The translations under genes were made by a program, and so were the position numbers. Positions 1 to 8,673 of a stretch of DNA of 29,920 nucleotides are shown here, one piece after another. This stretch comes from Acetobacteraceae bacterium (GTDB lineage: Bacteria > Pseudomonadota > Alphaproteobacteria > Acetobacterales > Acetobacteraceae): positions 1-29,920 of the forward strand of contig CANJOG010000001.1 of assembly GCA_947475475.1 (NCBI GenBank). Reading direction: 5' to 3'. The number at the start of each line of letters is the position of its first letter. Within the stretch, counting starts at the first letter, position 1. The notes under the pieces are model-generated. The model was given only the letters and a program-made list of their open reading frames with translations. It was not told the origin of the DNA and did no database searches.

Positions 1-573
1 GCCTTCCAGTCCGCCATTCCGCTACGCCGCTTTGGTGCCGATATTTTCGTGCCCAATCTGGTCGCTGTCTCGCTTTTGCGCGAACTGGGTCCGCTGCTCG
101 CCGCCGTGGTGCTCGCCGGCCGCACCGGTTCGGCGTTCGCGGCCGAGATCGGCACGATGAAGGTGAATGAAGAGATCGACGCGCTCTCCACCATGGGGCT
201 CGATCCGGTGACCATGCTGGTGCTGCCACGGCTGATCGCCGCCATGCTGGTGATGCCGGCATTGACGCTAGCGATGGATATGGCCGGCCTGGCGGGCATG
301 GGCGTGGTGATGCAGGCTTTTGGATTTCCCGCCGTCACGATCCTCAACCAGGTCTCCTCGGCGGTGAAGATTGCCGATCTGTTCGGCGGATTATTCAAGG
401 CGATGTGCTTTGGTGGTGTGGTTGCCGCAATTGGCTGCCGGGCGGGGCTTGGGACCGGCGTCGGGCCGCGCGCTGTGGGCCAGTCGGCGACGGCCGCGGT
501 GGTGGGTGGCATTGTCGCCACCATCCTGATCGACGGTGTGTTCGCGCTGGCTTTCTACAGGCTCGGCCTATGA
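1..573 (+). CDS. mlaE: MlaE-family ABC permease (Mla/Mce lipid transport), 5'-truncated by the window edge
   Basis: Frame 1 is open from base 1 (AFQSAIPLRRFGADIFVPNL...). It carries the MlaE signature LRELGPLLAAVVLAGRTGSAFAAEIGTMKVNEEIDAL. The TGA at 571-573 overlaps the next ATG. Confidence 0.93.
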   Translation, partial: AFQSAIPLRRFGADIFVPNLVAVSLLRELGPLLAAVVLAGRTGSAFAAEIGTMKVNEEIDALSTMGLDPVTMLVLPRLIAAMLVMPALTLAMDMAGLAGMGVVMQAFGFPAVTILNQVSSAVKIADLFGGLFKAMCFGGVVAAIGCRAGLGTGVGPRAVGQSATAAVVGGIVATILIDGVFALAFYRLGL

Positions 574-1337
574 GCGAGGCTGCGAAAGACGGTCCGGCGA
601 TCTGCGTGGATGGCGTCACGCAGCGTTTCGGCGCGCGGATGATTTTCCACGATGTGCGCTTTGAGGTGGCGCGTGGCGAAGTGTTTGTGATTCTTGGCGG
701 CTCTGGCTGCGGCAAATCGACGCTGATGAAGCAGATGATCGGTCTGCTGCCGCCCTCTGAGGGCACGATCGAGGTGCTTGGCACGGATATGTACCAGGAC
801 CGTCGCGCCGTGCTCAGCCGGATTGGCGTCATGTTCCAGTCCGGCGCGTTGTTCGGCTCGATGACGTTGCTGGAAAACGTGATGCTGCCGCTGGAGGTCT
901 ATACCGATCTCTCGCCGCGCGCCCGTGCCGAGATCGCCCAGGTCAAGCTCGGCCTGGTTGGCTTGGGCGATGCCGCCTTTCTGCGGCCGGCTGAGATTTC
1001 CGGCGGCATGGCCAAGCGGGCCGGCATTGCGCGTGCATTGGCGCTCGATCCGCCGTTGCTGTTTCTCGACGAGCCCTCGGCTGGCCTCGATCCGATCACT
1101 TCCGCCGGGCTCGACCAACTTATTCTCGATCTGCGCAAGCTGCTCGGCGCCACCTTTGTGGTGGTAACGCACGAGCTTGCTTCCATCCTGGCCATTGCCG
1201 ATCGCTGCATCATGCTCGACCGCGAGGCCAAGGGCATCATCGCAACCGGCAATCCGCGTACGCTCCGCGACGAGGCGACGCATCCGACGGTGCGCGCCTT
1301 CTTCCGCCGTGAGACAATTCACGAGGCCCCCACATGA
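570..1337 (+). CDS. mlaF: MlaF-family ABC ATP-binding protein
   Basis: ATG at 570 in an ATGA overlap with mlaE. Walker A GGSGCGKS, Q-loop VMFQSGALF, signature ISGGMAKR, Walker B FLDEP, H-loop VTHE. Confidence 0.95.
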   Translation: MSEAAKDGPAICVDGVTQRFGARMIFHDVRFEVARGEVFVILGGSGCGKSTLMKQMIGLLPPSEGTIEVLGTDMYQDRRAVLSRIGVMFQSGALFGSMTLLENVMLPLEVYTDLSPRARAEIAQVKLGLVGLGDAAFLRPAEISGGMAKRAGIARALALDPPLLFLDEPSAGLDPITSAGLDQLILDLRKLLGATFVVVTHELASILAIADRCIMLDREAKGIIATGNPRTLRDEATHPTVRAFFRRETIHEAPT

Positions 1338-1361
1338 TCAGTTTCAGCAGGAACGGCACAG

Positions 1362-2372
1362 ATGGAGAATAGGGGCGCGTATCTGCGCGTCGGCGCGCTG
1401 GTGGTGCTGGCAACCGCGGTGCTGGTTGGCCTGGTGCTGTTCTTTGGCGGCAAACGGATTTCTAGCGGCCGGGCATTCGAATCCTATTTCGGTGAGACCG
1501 TGCAGGGGCTCGAAGTGGGCGCGGCGGTGAAGTATCGCGGCGTGACACTGGGGCAGGTGACGGAGATCAGTCTGGTCTCGGCGACCTATGGCGAGGAAAT
1601 ACCGGAAGCCCAGCGCAACAAGTTGTTTCGACAGGTGATGGTGCGCTACCTGATTGATGTCGCCAAGATCGGCCATGCCGCCGATGTCGATGAAATTATT
1701 ACGCAAGGATTGCGGTCCCGGCTGGCAAGTGCCGGACTGACTGGCCTGACCTATATCGAACTCGACTTCGTCAGCGGCCAGCGTTTTCCAGCGACAGACA
1801 TTCCATGGCGTCCGCGTCTGTCGAATATTCCATCCATGCCGAGCACGCTCGCGCAGGTGCAGGATTCCGCCCAGGCGCTGCTGCAAAAGATCGACAAGGT
1901 GGATATCGCCGCTTTGTCGGAGGGGCTGATTGGGCTGATCACTGATGTGCGCGGCGAATTGCGCCAGGGCGATCTGCATGAGTCCTTGTCGCAGACGCGT
2001 AGTTTGCTGACAACGCTGGAGTCGCAAATTAAACAAGCAAACCTGCCGGCACTGACCGCCGAATTGCGCGATACCGCCGCCGCCTATCGAGGTCTGGCGC
2101 AGGGCAAGCCGGTCACTGACATGATCGCCAATGCAGGTGCTGCGACACAGAAACTCACCACGGCCATCGCGCAGCTTCCAGGGCTGGTGGAAAGCATCGA
2201 GAAACTCTCGCGCCGGGTGACCGCCAGCACCTCCGATGTGCAGGCCGATCTGACCCCAGTGCTGCGCGACATGCGCGCGGCATTGTCAAATTTGCGTGAC
2301 ACCACCGAGCAACTGCGCCGCGACCCGGCGCAGCTGCTGTTCAGCCAACCACCCGCCCGCACCGGACGCTGA
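1362..2372 (+). CDS. mlaD: MlaD/MCE-domain protein with long helical C-terminal region
   Basis: N-terminal TM helix, MCE motif ETVQGLEVGAAVKYRGVTLGQV, GLTGLTYIEL, and C-terminal RDPAQLLF. AGGA at 1349-1352 is a likely RBS. Confidence 0.92.
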   Translation: MENRGAYLRVGALVVLATAVLVGLVLFFGGKRISSGRAFESYFGETVQGLEVGAAVKYRGVTLGQVTEISLVSATYGEEIPEAQRNKLFRQVMVRYLIDVAKIGHAADVDEIITQGLRSRLASAGLTGLTYIELDFVSGQRFPATDIPWRPRLSNIPSMPSTLAQVQDSAQALLQKIDKVDIAALSEGLIGLITDVRGELRQGDLHESLSQTRSLLTTLESQIKQANLPALTAELRDTAAAYRGLAQGKPVTDMIANAGAATQKLTTAIAQLPGLVESIEKLSRRVTASTSDVQADLTPVLRDMRAALSNLRDTTEQLRRDPAQLLFSQPPARTGR

Positions 2373-2373
2373 C

Positions 2374-2976
2374 ATGAACCGACGCCATATTCTCACTGCT
2401 GTCCCGGCTCTGGCCCTGGCGGGGTGCGGCACGATCCTGTCCACGCGTGAGGCGGTCGAGAAGCGTAACTGGCCGATGCTGGTGCGGCGGCCGGAAAGCG
2501 TGCCACCGAAGCGGGACGGGCGCGTGCTCCTGGTGCGTGGCTTTGCCGCAGCCCCTGGGCTGGACCGGCGTGGTCTGCAAACCCTGGCCGCTGACGGCAG
2601 CATGAAATCGGATTTCTACGAGGAATGGGCAGTGCCCCCCGCCGATGGTGCGGAGGAGGCGCTGCGCCAATGGCTCGCCGCCAGCGGCCAGTTTTCCGCT
2701 GTGTTGGCGCCGGGCAGCCGGCTCCCCGCCGAACTGGTGCTGGAAGGCGAATTGCTGGCGCTGCGGGCCGAACCTGCCCGTGGCATGGCGGTGGCCTCGA
2801 TCGCCTATGTGCTTGCGGATCAGCGTCCCCGCGATACCGTGTTGCTGCGTCAGGAAACAATGGATGCGGAGGCGCCGCTGCTGGGTGCTGGTGCCCCGGC
2901 CCTGGCGGCCGCGCAATTGCGTGCGCTGGCCATCGTGCTGGCGCGGATCGAGATGAGTTTGCGCGCACTGGGGTAA
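2374..2976 (+). CDS. ABC-type transport auxiliary lipoprotein (PqiC-like)
   Basis: ATG lies 1 nt after the mlaD stop. MNRRHIL twin-Arg-like start with lipobox LAGC, a YEEWAVPP motif, and the typical fourth position in a mlaEFD operon. Confidence 0.85.
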   Translation: MNRRHILTAVPALALAGCGTILSTREAVEKRNWPMLVRRPESVPPKRDGRVLLVRGFAAAPGLDRRGLQTLAADGSMKSDFYEEWAVPPADGAEEALRQWLAASGQFSAVLAPGSRLPAELVLEGELLALRAEPARGMAVASIAYVLADQRPRDTVLLRQETMDAEAPLLGAGAPALAAAQLRALAIVLARIEMSLRALG

Positions 2977-3016
2977 CACGCCAATCTGCCCGCAAGAGGC
3001 GAGAATGGAGGAAACA

Positions 3017-4018
3017 ATGAACACGACACGCCGCGGGATGCTGCTGGGTGTGCCTGCCGCTCTGGTTGCCGCTTCGGCACGCGCCCAGTCGAGCGACTGG
3101 AATGCCGTACTGGCCGGTGCGAAGCGCGAAGGTCGCCTGGTCTTCTACACCGGCGCGCCGGAGCAAGTGACGAGTCCTATTCTCACCGGATTTCGCAAGA
3201 CCTATCCCGATGTGCCCATCGAGATGTTTCGCGGGCCCTCCGGTGAAGTCATCAGCAAGCTGGATCGCGAGCGTGCCGCCGGCATTGACGGCGCCGATGT
3301 CGCCCTGGCCACCGAGGTTGCCTGGTTTACCGCACGCGGTGCGGAGGGGGGCCTGATCGCCCCGCGCGGGCCGGCACGTGCGGCCTGGCCGGACGTGGCC
3401 CTGTTGCCAGGCGGCGGGTTGATTGTCGGCCGCGAGCCGATTGTCATTGCCTATAACACCGAGATCGTGAAATCGCCGCCGCGGTCCTATGCCGAATTGC
3501 TCGGTCCGGAATATCGCAACAAGCTCGGCAGTTCGGAGCTCGCCTCCACCGTGCTGATCGCCTGGTATGATTTTCTGGAGCGCACGCAGGGACCGGAGTA
3601 TCTGCCAAAGCTCAAGGCGCAGAATGTCAAAATGTATAATGGCTCGGTGCCCGGTGCGCAGGCCGTGGCAGCAGGTGAGATATCGGTCGATGCGTTTGGC
3701 GTGCCCACCGCAATCCGTCCGCTGGCCGCCCAGGGCGCACCGATCGCCTATACTGTGCCGAGCCCAGGTCTGGGCAACCAATATGCGGCTGGCGCGCTGG
3801 CCTGGAGCAAACGGCCCAATGCGGCGCTGCTATTTTTGGATTTCGTTATGTCCCGCGATGGGCAATCCGCCTGGCATGGGCAGGGCGGCAGCGCCAGTCC
3901 GCTGCGTGACATCAAGGGTGGGCTCGATTTCGACGCCATCACGCCGTACGATCCAGCGGCCTGGACGCCGGAGAAGATTGCCGCCTATCGCGCCAGGTGG
4001 AATACGATCTTCCGCTGA
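3017..4018 (+). CDS. ABC substrate-binding protein, AfuA/PotD (Fe3+/thiamine/polyamine-like) class, Tat signal
   Basis: GGAGGA RBS before ATG 3017. TRRGML twin-arginine signal ending ARA-Q. Motifs AKREGRLVFYTG, IAYNTEIVK, RPNAALLFLDFVMSRDGQ. Confidence 0.88.
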   Translation: MNTTRRGMLLGVPAALVAASARAQSSDWNAVLAGAKREGRLVFYTGAPEQVTSPILTGFRKTYPDVPIEMFRGPSGEVISKLDRERAAGIDGADVALATEVAWFTARGAEGGLIAPRGPARAAWPDVALLPGGGLIVGREPIVIAYNTEIVKSPPRSYAELLGPEYRNKLGSSELASTVLIAWYDFLERTQGPEYLPKLKAQNVKMYNGSVPGAQAVAAGEISVDAFGVPTAIRPLAAQGAPIAYTVPSPGLGNQYAAGALAWSKRPNAALLFLDFVMSRDGQSAWHGQGGSASPLRDIKGGLDFDAITPYDPAAWTPEKIAAYRARWNTIFR

Positions 4019-4043
4019 CAGCAGCAAGAATTTGGAGGGCGTG

Positions 4044-5000
4044 ATGCGCCGATTTGTAGTTGCCATGCTGATGCTTTTCTCGGTTGCGGCGCAATCCGCC
4101 GAGATCACCGATGCAACCGGTCGCACGATCACCGTGCCGGACCGTATTACCCGCGTGGTGCCTGCCGGCCCCGGCGCCTCGCTGCTCCTGCTGGCGATTG
4201 CGCCCGAGAAAATGGCGGGTTTTCCGTTCCCAGTGAGTCCGGAACGGCGCGCCTGGATCAATGAGAACGCCGCCGCTCTGCCGCAGGTGCCGCGTGTGAC
4301 CGGGCGCGACGATGTCTCGGGAAAGTTGCGTGAGATGGGCGCCGATCTCATCATCGATTATGGCGCCGTGACTCCGCGCTATATCGAACTGGCGAAAGCG
4401 ACTCAGGAACGCACCGGCATTCCGACATTGCTGATCGATGTGGCGCTGGAAAACACGCCCCAGACCATTCGCCAGCTTGGCAAGCTGCTCGGCAATGAGG
4501 CGCGCGCCGAGGCACAGGCGCGCTTCGCGGAGTCGCTGCTTTCAACGGAGAAGACGGGCGGAAAGCGGGTGGTCTTTGCCCGCGGCACGGACGGGTTGAG
4601 CCTGCCGGCACGCAATACGGATCTCACTCATGTTTTTGACCTGCTCGGTTGGAAGCATATCGGCCCGGATGCTGGCGGCACCGTGAGCCTGGCGGAGATC
4701 GCGGCCCTCGATCCGGATGTGATCGTGTTCGGCCATGCGCATATGCGCGAGGTGATTGCGCAATCGCCGGAATGGCGCGCGCTGCGGGCCGTACGAGAGG
4801 GCCGGGGGTTGATTGCGCCAAGCATGCCCTGGCCCTGGTTCGATGAGCCGCCCTCGGTCAATCGCCTGCTGGGGCTGGCCTGGCTCGCCGGGCGCGATCC
4901 GCTTGCAACGGCTGAGGAATTTCACGCGACGTTTTACGGCCGTGCGCTCAGCCCGGCGCAGCGTGAGGCGTTGGCGGAAGCCGTCAGGCCGGCGCGCTGA
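4044..5000 (+). CDS. TroA-like periplasmic binding protein (iron-siderophore/cobalamin class)
   Basis: GGAGG RBS before GTG 4041/ATG 4044. Sec signal peptide. Motifs ITDATGRTITVP, LDPDVIVF, ALRAVREGR, WFDEPPSVNRLLG. The ORF-track start at 3567 is an over-extension. Confidence 0.85.
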   Translation: MRRFVVAMLMLFSVAAQSAEITDATGRTITVPDRITRVVPAGPGASLLLLAIAPEKMAGFPFPVSPERRAWINENAAALPQVPRVTGRDDVSGKLREMGADLIIDYGAVTPRYIELAKATQERTGIPTLLIDVALENTPQTIRQLGKLLGNEARAEAQARFAESLLSTEKTGGKRVVFARGTDGLSLPARNTDLTHVFDLLGWKHIGPDAGGTVSLAEIAALDPDVIVFGHAHMREVIAQSPEWRALRAVREGRGLIAPSMPWPWFDEPPSVNRLLGLAWLAGRDPLATAEEFHATFYGRALSPAQREALAEAVRPAR

Positions 5001-6195
5001 ATTTCGGCCGCAGCACCAGATTGGCGACCAACGCTCCAATGCCGCACAGGGCGATGACAATGCCCATAGGCCAGGCCGTGCCATTATGCAGCGCGCTGAC
5101 TGCAAAGCCGGACAGGCCACTGACGCCGAACATCATCACGCCGAACAGCGCCGATGCATTGCCGGCCATCGCCCCATGTGGCGCCATGGCGAGTGCGGTG
5201 GAGAGCGGCATGACCATGCCCATGCTGGCAACGGCAAAGAAGAGTGGCACCAGAAGGCCGGGGAAGCCGAACCAGCCGGTGAGTGTCGCAAGTGCCGTCA
5301 GGCAGGAAGCTGTCGCGGCCATGCAGAGCACCGCGCGAAGGACGCGGTTCATGTCGTACTTGACCACCAGTGAGCGGGTGAATTGCCCCAGCGCCATGAT
5401 TCCGAGAGCATTGGCGCCGAAGAAGAAGCCGAAATGCTCCGGCTTCACGCCATTGAGATTCATGAACACGAAAGGCGAACCAGCGATATAGGCAAACATC
5501 ATCGCCGAGATCAGGCTGCCAGACAGCGAATAAAGCACAAACTGCCGGTCACACAGGAGCAACCCGTAGCGCCGCAGCACCTCGCCGAAGCCAACCGGAT
5601 GGCGCTTCTCGGCCGGGAGCGATTCCGGCAGATACATGATCACCAGCGCCAGCCAGAGCACGCCATACAGTGCCAGAAACCAGAAGATGCTGCGCCAGCC
5701 AAGCGTGATCAGCAACGCGCCGCCGATGATCGGCGCCAGCACCGGCGCCAGCCCGCCGATCAGCATCATGTAGGAGTAGAATCGCGCCCCCTCGCGCGGC
5801 TCGAACAGATCGCGCACGATGGCGCGGCTGATCACCATGGCGGCGCACCCGCCAATGGCTTGCACGAGCCGCCAGAAAATGAGCTGCGATTCGTTGGTGG
5901 CAAAGGCGCAGCCGAGTGAGCCGATCATCAGCACCACCGCGCCGAACATGAGCGGCCACCGGCGGCCGATCCGGTCCGAGAGCGGCCCAAGAATCAATTG
6001 CCCGCCGGCCAGACCGACAAAGTAGATGCCGACGCTTTGCTGCAAGGCGGACTCGCTGGCGCCCAGATCGCTGACAATGGCGGGGAAGGCAGGAAGATAG
6101 GCATCCACCGCCAGCGGCCCGATGCAGGAGAGCAGGCCCAGCACGACGGCAAGCTGGATACGCGCGGCGCGCGTATGGGTGATCTCGGATGTCAT
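4984..6195 (-). CDS. Bcr/CflA-family multidrug efflux MFS transporter
   Basis: LAVDAYLPAFP, MFS motif A GPLSDRIGRRWP, RLVQAIGG, RAIVRDLF, PILGG-like APIIGG, about 12 hydrophobic segments. Start chosen at ATG 6195. Confidence 0.93.
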   Translation of the reverse strand: MTSEITHTRAARIQLAVVLGLLSCIGPLAVDAYLPAFPAIVSDLGASESALQQSVGIYFVGLAGGQLILGPLSDRIGRRWPLMFGAVVLMIGSLGCAFATNESQLIFWRLVQAIGGCAAMVISRAIVRDLFEPREGARFYSYMMLIGGLAPVLAPIIGGALLITLGWRSIFWFLALYGVLWLALVIMYLPESLPAEKRHPVGFGEVLRRYGLLLCDRQFVLYSLSGSLISAMMFAYIAGSPFVFMNLNGVKPEHFGFFFGANALGIMALGQFTRSLVVKYDMNRVLRAVLCMAATASCLTALATLTGWFGFPGLLVPLFFAVASMGMVMPLSTALAMAPHGAMAGNASALFGVMMFGVSGLSGFAVSALHNGTAWPMGIVIALCGIGALVANLVLRPKFSAPA

Positions 6196-6205
6196 CGGCA
6201 AGCGC

Positions 6206-8527
6206 TCAGGCGTGACCCGAAGCCGCGCGCCAAAGCACTTCCGGCGTGAGTGGCATGTCGATAGCGGTGACACCCGCATCGGCGAGTGCGTCGATCACCG
6301 CATTCACCAGCGCGGGGGCGGCACCGACCGTGCCGGCCTCGCCTGCGCCCTTCACGCCGAGCGGGTTGGTGGTGCAGGGCACTTCGATCAGTTCCACCTC
6401 GATATCAGGCATATCCTCCGCACGCGGCATGGCATAGTCCATGAAACTTCCGGTCAGAAGCTGGCCAGATTCGGAATCGTAGGTGGCATTTTCCATGATC
6501 GCCTGGCCGAGACCCTGGGCGATGCCGCCATGGATCTGGCCGAGAACCAGCATCGGGTTCAGCACATGTCCCATATCGTCCACGACGAGATAACGTACAA
6601 TCTTCAGGCTGCCGGTTTCCGGATCGATCTCGACTTCCACCATATGGCAGCCATTCGGGTAGGTGCCGTGTTGCACCTTGGCGATCTCGGCTGCATCGAG
6701 CAGCACGGCCGGTTTACCTTCGCGTGCGCGCAGTAATTGCGCGGCGGCAAGGTCGAGAATTCCGATCGAACGGTCGGTGCCGGTAATGGCGAATTTACCA
6801 TCCTCGAAGACAATATCCGCCGGTGATGCTTCCAGCATCTCGCCCGCGGCTTGCTGGCCCTTGCCGATCACTGTCTCGGCAGTGAGCAGGATGGCCTGGC
6901 TTTCTGCATTCAGGCTGCGTGCGCCCCCCGTTCCGCCGCCGACTGGAATGCGGTCCGTATCGCCTTGGCGCACGCGAATTTTCTCAATCGGGATACCGAG
7001 CCGTGCTGCGGTAAGTTGCATGTAGGACGTCTCATGCCCCTGGCCGTTCGATTGTGTGCCGACATAGACATCGACGAAGCCATCTTCGGCGAAGCAGATC
7101 TCCGCGCGCTCCGACGGGCCGCCGCCAGTGGCTTCGAGATAATAGGCGATGCCCAGTCCGCGCTTGAGGCCGCGCGATGCCGCCTCGGCGCGGCGCGCGG
7201 GGAAGCCGTCCCAGTCGATCCGTTCGGCGGCGAGATCGAGCAGCCTGGCGAATTCGCCGCTGTCATAGACCGCACCCGCGGCGGTCTTCCATGGCATGGC
7301 GGAGGAGGGCACCATATTGCGGCGGCGCAAATCAATACGATCGATGCCGAGTTCGCGGGCCGCCTGATCGATGCAGCGTTCGACTGCATAGTTGCTCTCC
7401 GGCCGTCCCGCGCCGCGATAGGCATCGACCGGAACGGTGTGGGTGAACACACCGATGACATTGGCGTGCATGGCGCGAAAACCATAAACGCTCGCCAACA
7501 CACGCCCGCCCGCCATGGTCGGGATGAAGGGTGCGAAGTTGGAGAGATAGGCGCCCATGCCCGCCAGCGTATGCGTGCGCAAGGCGAGAAACGTCGCGTC
7601 CTTGTCGAGCGCGATCTCGATGGTCGTGATATTGTCGCGGCCCTGCGTATCCGACAGGAAGGCCTCGCCGCGTTCGGACACCCATTTCACCGCGCGGTTC
7701 AGCTTGCGCGCGGCGTAGCAGGTCAGAGCTTGTTCGGCATAGAAAAACCCCTTCATACCGAATCCGCCGCCGACATCCGGCGTCACGATACGGAACTTCT
7801 CTTCCGGCACCTGGAAGATCAGCTTGCTGAGGATAGATTTGTGATTCCAGCCGCCTTGCGTGTTGGTCGTCAGCGTCCATTTGCCGGTGGTTGCATCGTA
7901 TTCGGCAAGCGCCGCACGCGTCTCCATGCTGGCGACCACGATGCGGTTGTTGATCAGCCGCAGCTTCGTCACATGGGCGGCGCCGGCGAACAGTTTTTCG
8001 GTCAGCGCGCGATCGCCCATCTCCCAGTCGAAGACGGTGTTGCGCGGAACGTCTGCCCAGACGAGTGGCTGGTCCGGGTTGGTAGCGGTGGCGAGATCGA
8101 CGGCGGCTGGCAGTGTTTCATATTGGACCAGGATCGCCTCGGCGGCATCCCGCGCATGCGACACAGTGTCGGCCACAACCATCGCCACTGGATCGCCGAC
8201 ATGTCGAACGAAGCCGCGCGCCAGAACGGGATGGCCTGGATTGGCCATGGGCGAGCCGTCGCGGTTCTTCAGTGGCACCATGCAGGGAAGTTCGCCAATA
8301 CCGTCGGCATCGAGATCGGCACTCGTATAGACAGCGCGTACACCCGGCATGGACCGCGCGGCCCCGGTATCGACCGAGGTGATCCGCCCCGACGCCATCG
8401 GGCTGCGATGCAGGGCCGCGTAGACCTGCCCAGGCACGCAGAAATCCGCCACATATTGCCCTTCGCCGCGCAGGAGGCGCGGGTCCTCGAAGCGGCGGAC
8501 GGATTGGCTGGTGCCGAAATTGGCCAT
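6206..8527 (-). CDS. Xanthine dehydrogenase family molybdopterin-binding large subunit (CoxL/CutL-like, form II-type motif)
   Basis: Start MANFGTSQSVRRFEDPRLL, then VRHVGDPVAMVVA, VGGGFGMKG, AYRGAGRPE, GQGHET, GGIAQGLGQA, DYAMPRA, and catalytic KGAGEAG. Confidence 0.93.
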   Translation of the reverse strand: MANFGTSQSVRRFEDPRLLRGEGQYVADFCVPGQVYAALHRSPMASGRITSVDTGAARSMPGVRAVYTSADLDADGIGELPCMVPLKNRDGSPMANPGHPVLARGFVRHVGDPVAMVVADTVSHARDAAEAILVQYETLPAAVDLATATNPDQPLVWADVPRNTVFDWEMGDRALTEKLFAGAAHVTKLRLINNRIVVASMETRAALAEYDATTGKWTLTTNTQGGWNHKSILSKLIFQVPEEKFRIVTPDVGGGFGMKGFFYAEQALTCYAARKLNRAVKWVSERGEAFLSDTQGRDNITTIEIALDKDATFLALRTHTLAGMGAYLSNFAPFIPTMAGGRVLASVYGFRAMHANVIGVFTHTVPVDAYRGAGRPESNYAVERCIDQAARELGIDRIDLRRRNMVPSSAMPWKTAAGAVYDSGEFARLLDLAAERIDWDGFPARRAEAASRGLKRGLGIAYYLEATGGGPSERAEICFAEDGFVDVYVGTQSNGQGHETSYMQLTAARLGIPIEKIRVRQGDTDRIPVGGGTGGARSLNAESQAILLTAETVIGKGQQAAGEMLEASPADIVFEDGKFAITGTDRSIGILDLAAAQLLRAREGKPAVLLDAAEIAKVQHGTYPNGCHMVEVEIDPETGSLKIVRYLVVDDMGHVLNPMLVLGQIHGGIAQGLGQAIMENATYDSESGQLLTGSFMDYAMPRAEDMPDIEVELIEVPCTTNPLGVKGAGEAGTVGAAPALVNAVIDALADAGVTAIDMPLTPEVLWRAASGHA

Positions 8528-8673
8528 GCGAAAGGCTCCGAATGGGGCTGGATGCACCGCACCATGCACCGAGGCGGGCGGCTTGGGCAAATGCGCCCCG
8601 TAATTGGCTTGCTGGGCTGTTCCCGGCGGGTTTAGTCTCGCGGCAGCGAAACAAATCAACATTGGAGGAAACC

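Noticed and set aside
1334-1372. 12-codon mini-ORF overlapping the mlaF stop (ATGA) and the mlaD start
   Set aside because: Too short to support, and mlaD has its own RBS; likely chance.
3567-4043. Upstream extension of the TroA-like ORF overlapping the previous SBP, suggesting a frameshift fusion
   Set aside because: The extension is low-complexity Arg/Pro/Ala with no slippery site seen, and ATG 4044 has its own RBS and signal peptide.
6206-8527. Aerobic CO dehydrogenase (form I CoxL)
   Set aside because: The active-site loop is AYRGAGR, not AYRCSFR, and no coxM/coxS/coxDEFG genes are present.
6851-8635. 594-aa plus-strand ORF, and similar long antisense ORFs (10862-12106, 12061-13107, 13170-14372, 18912-20336, 22816-23697, 2393-3781)
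   Set aside because: They lie opposite well-supported genes, have no recognisable motifs, and are expected shadow ORFs in high-GC DNA.
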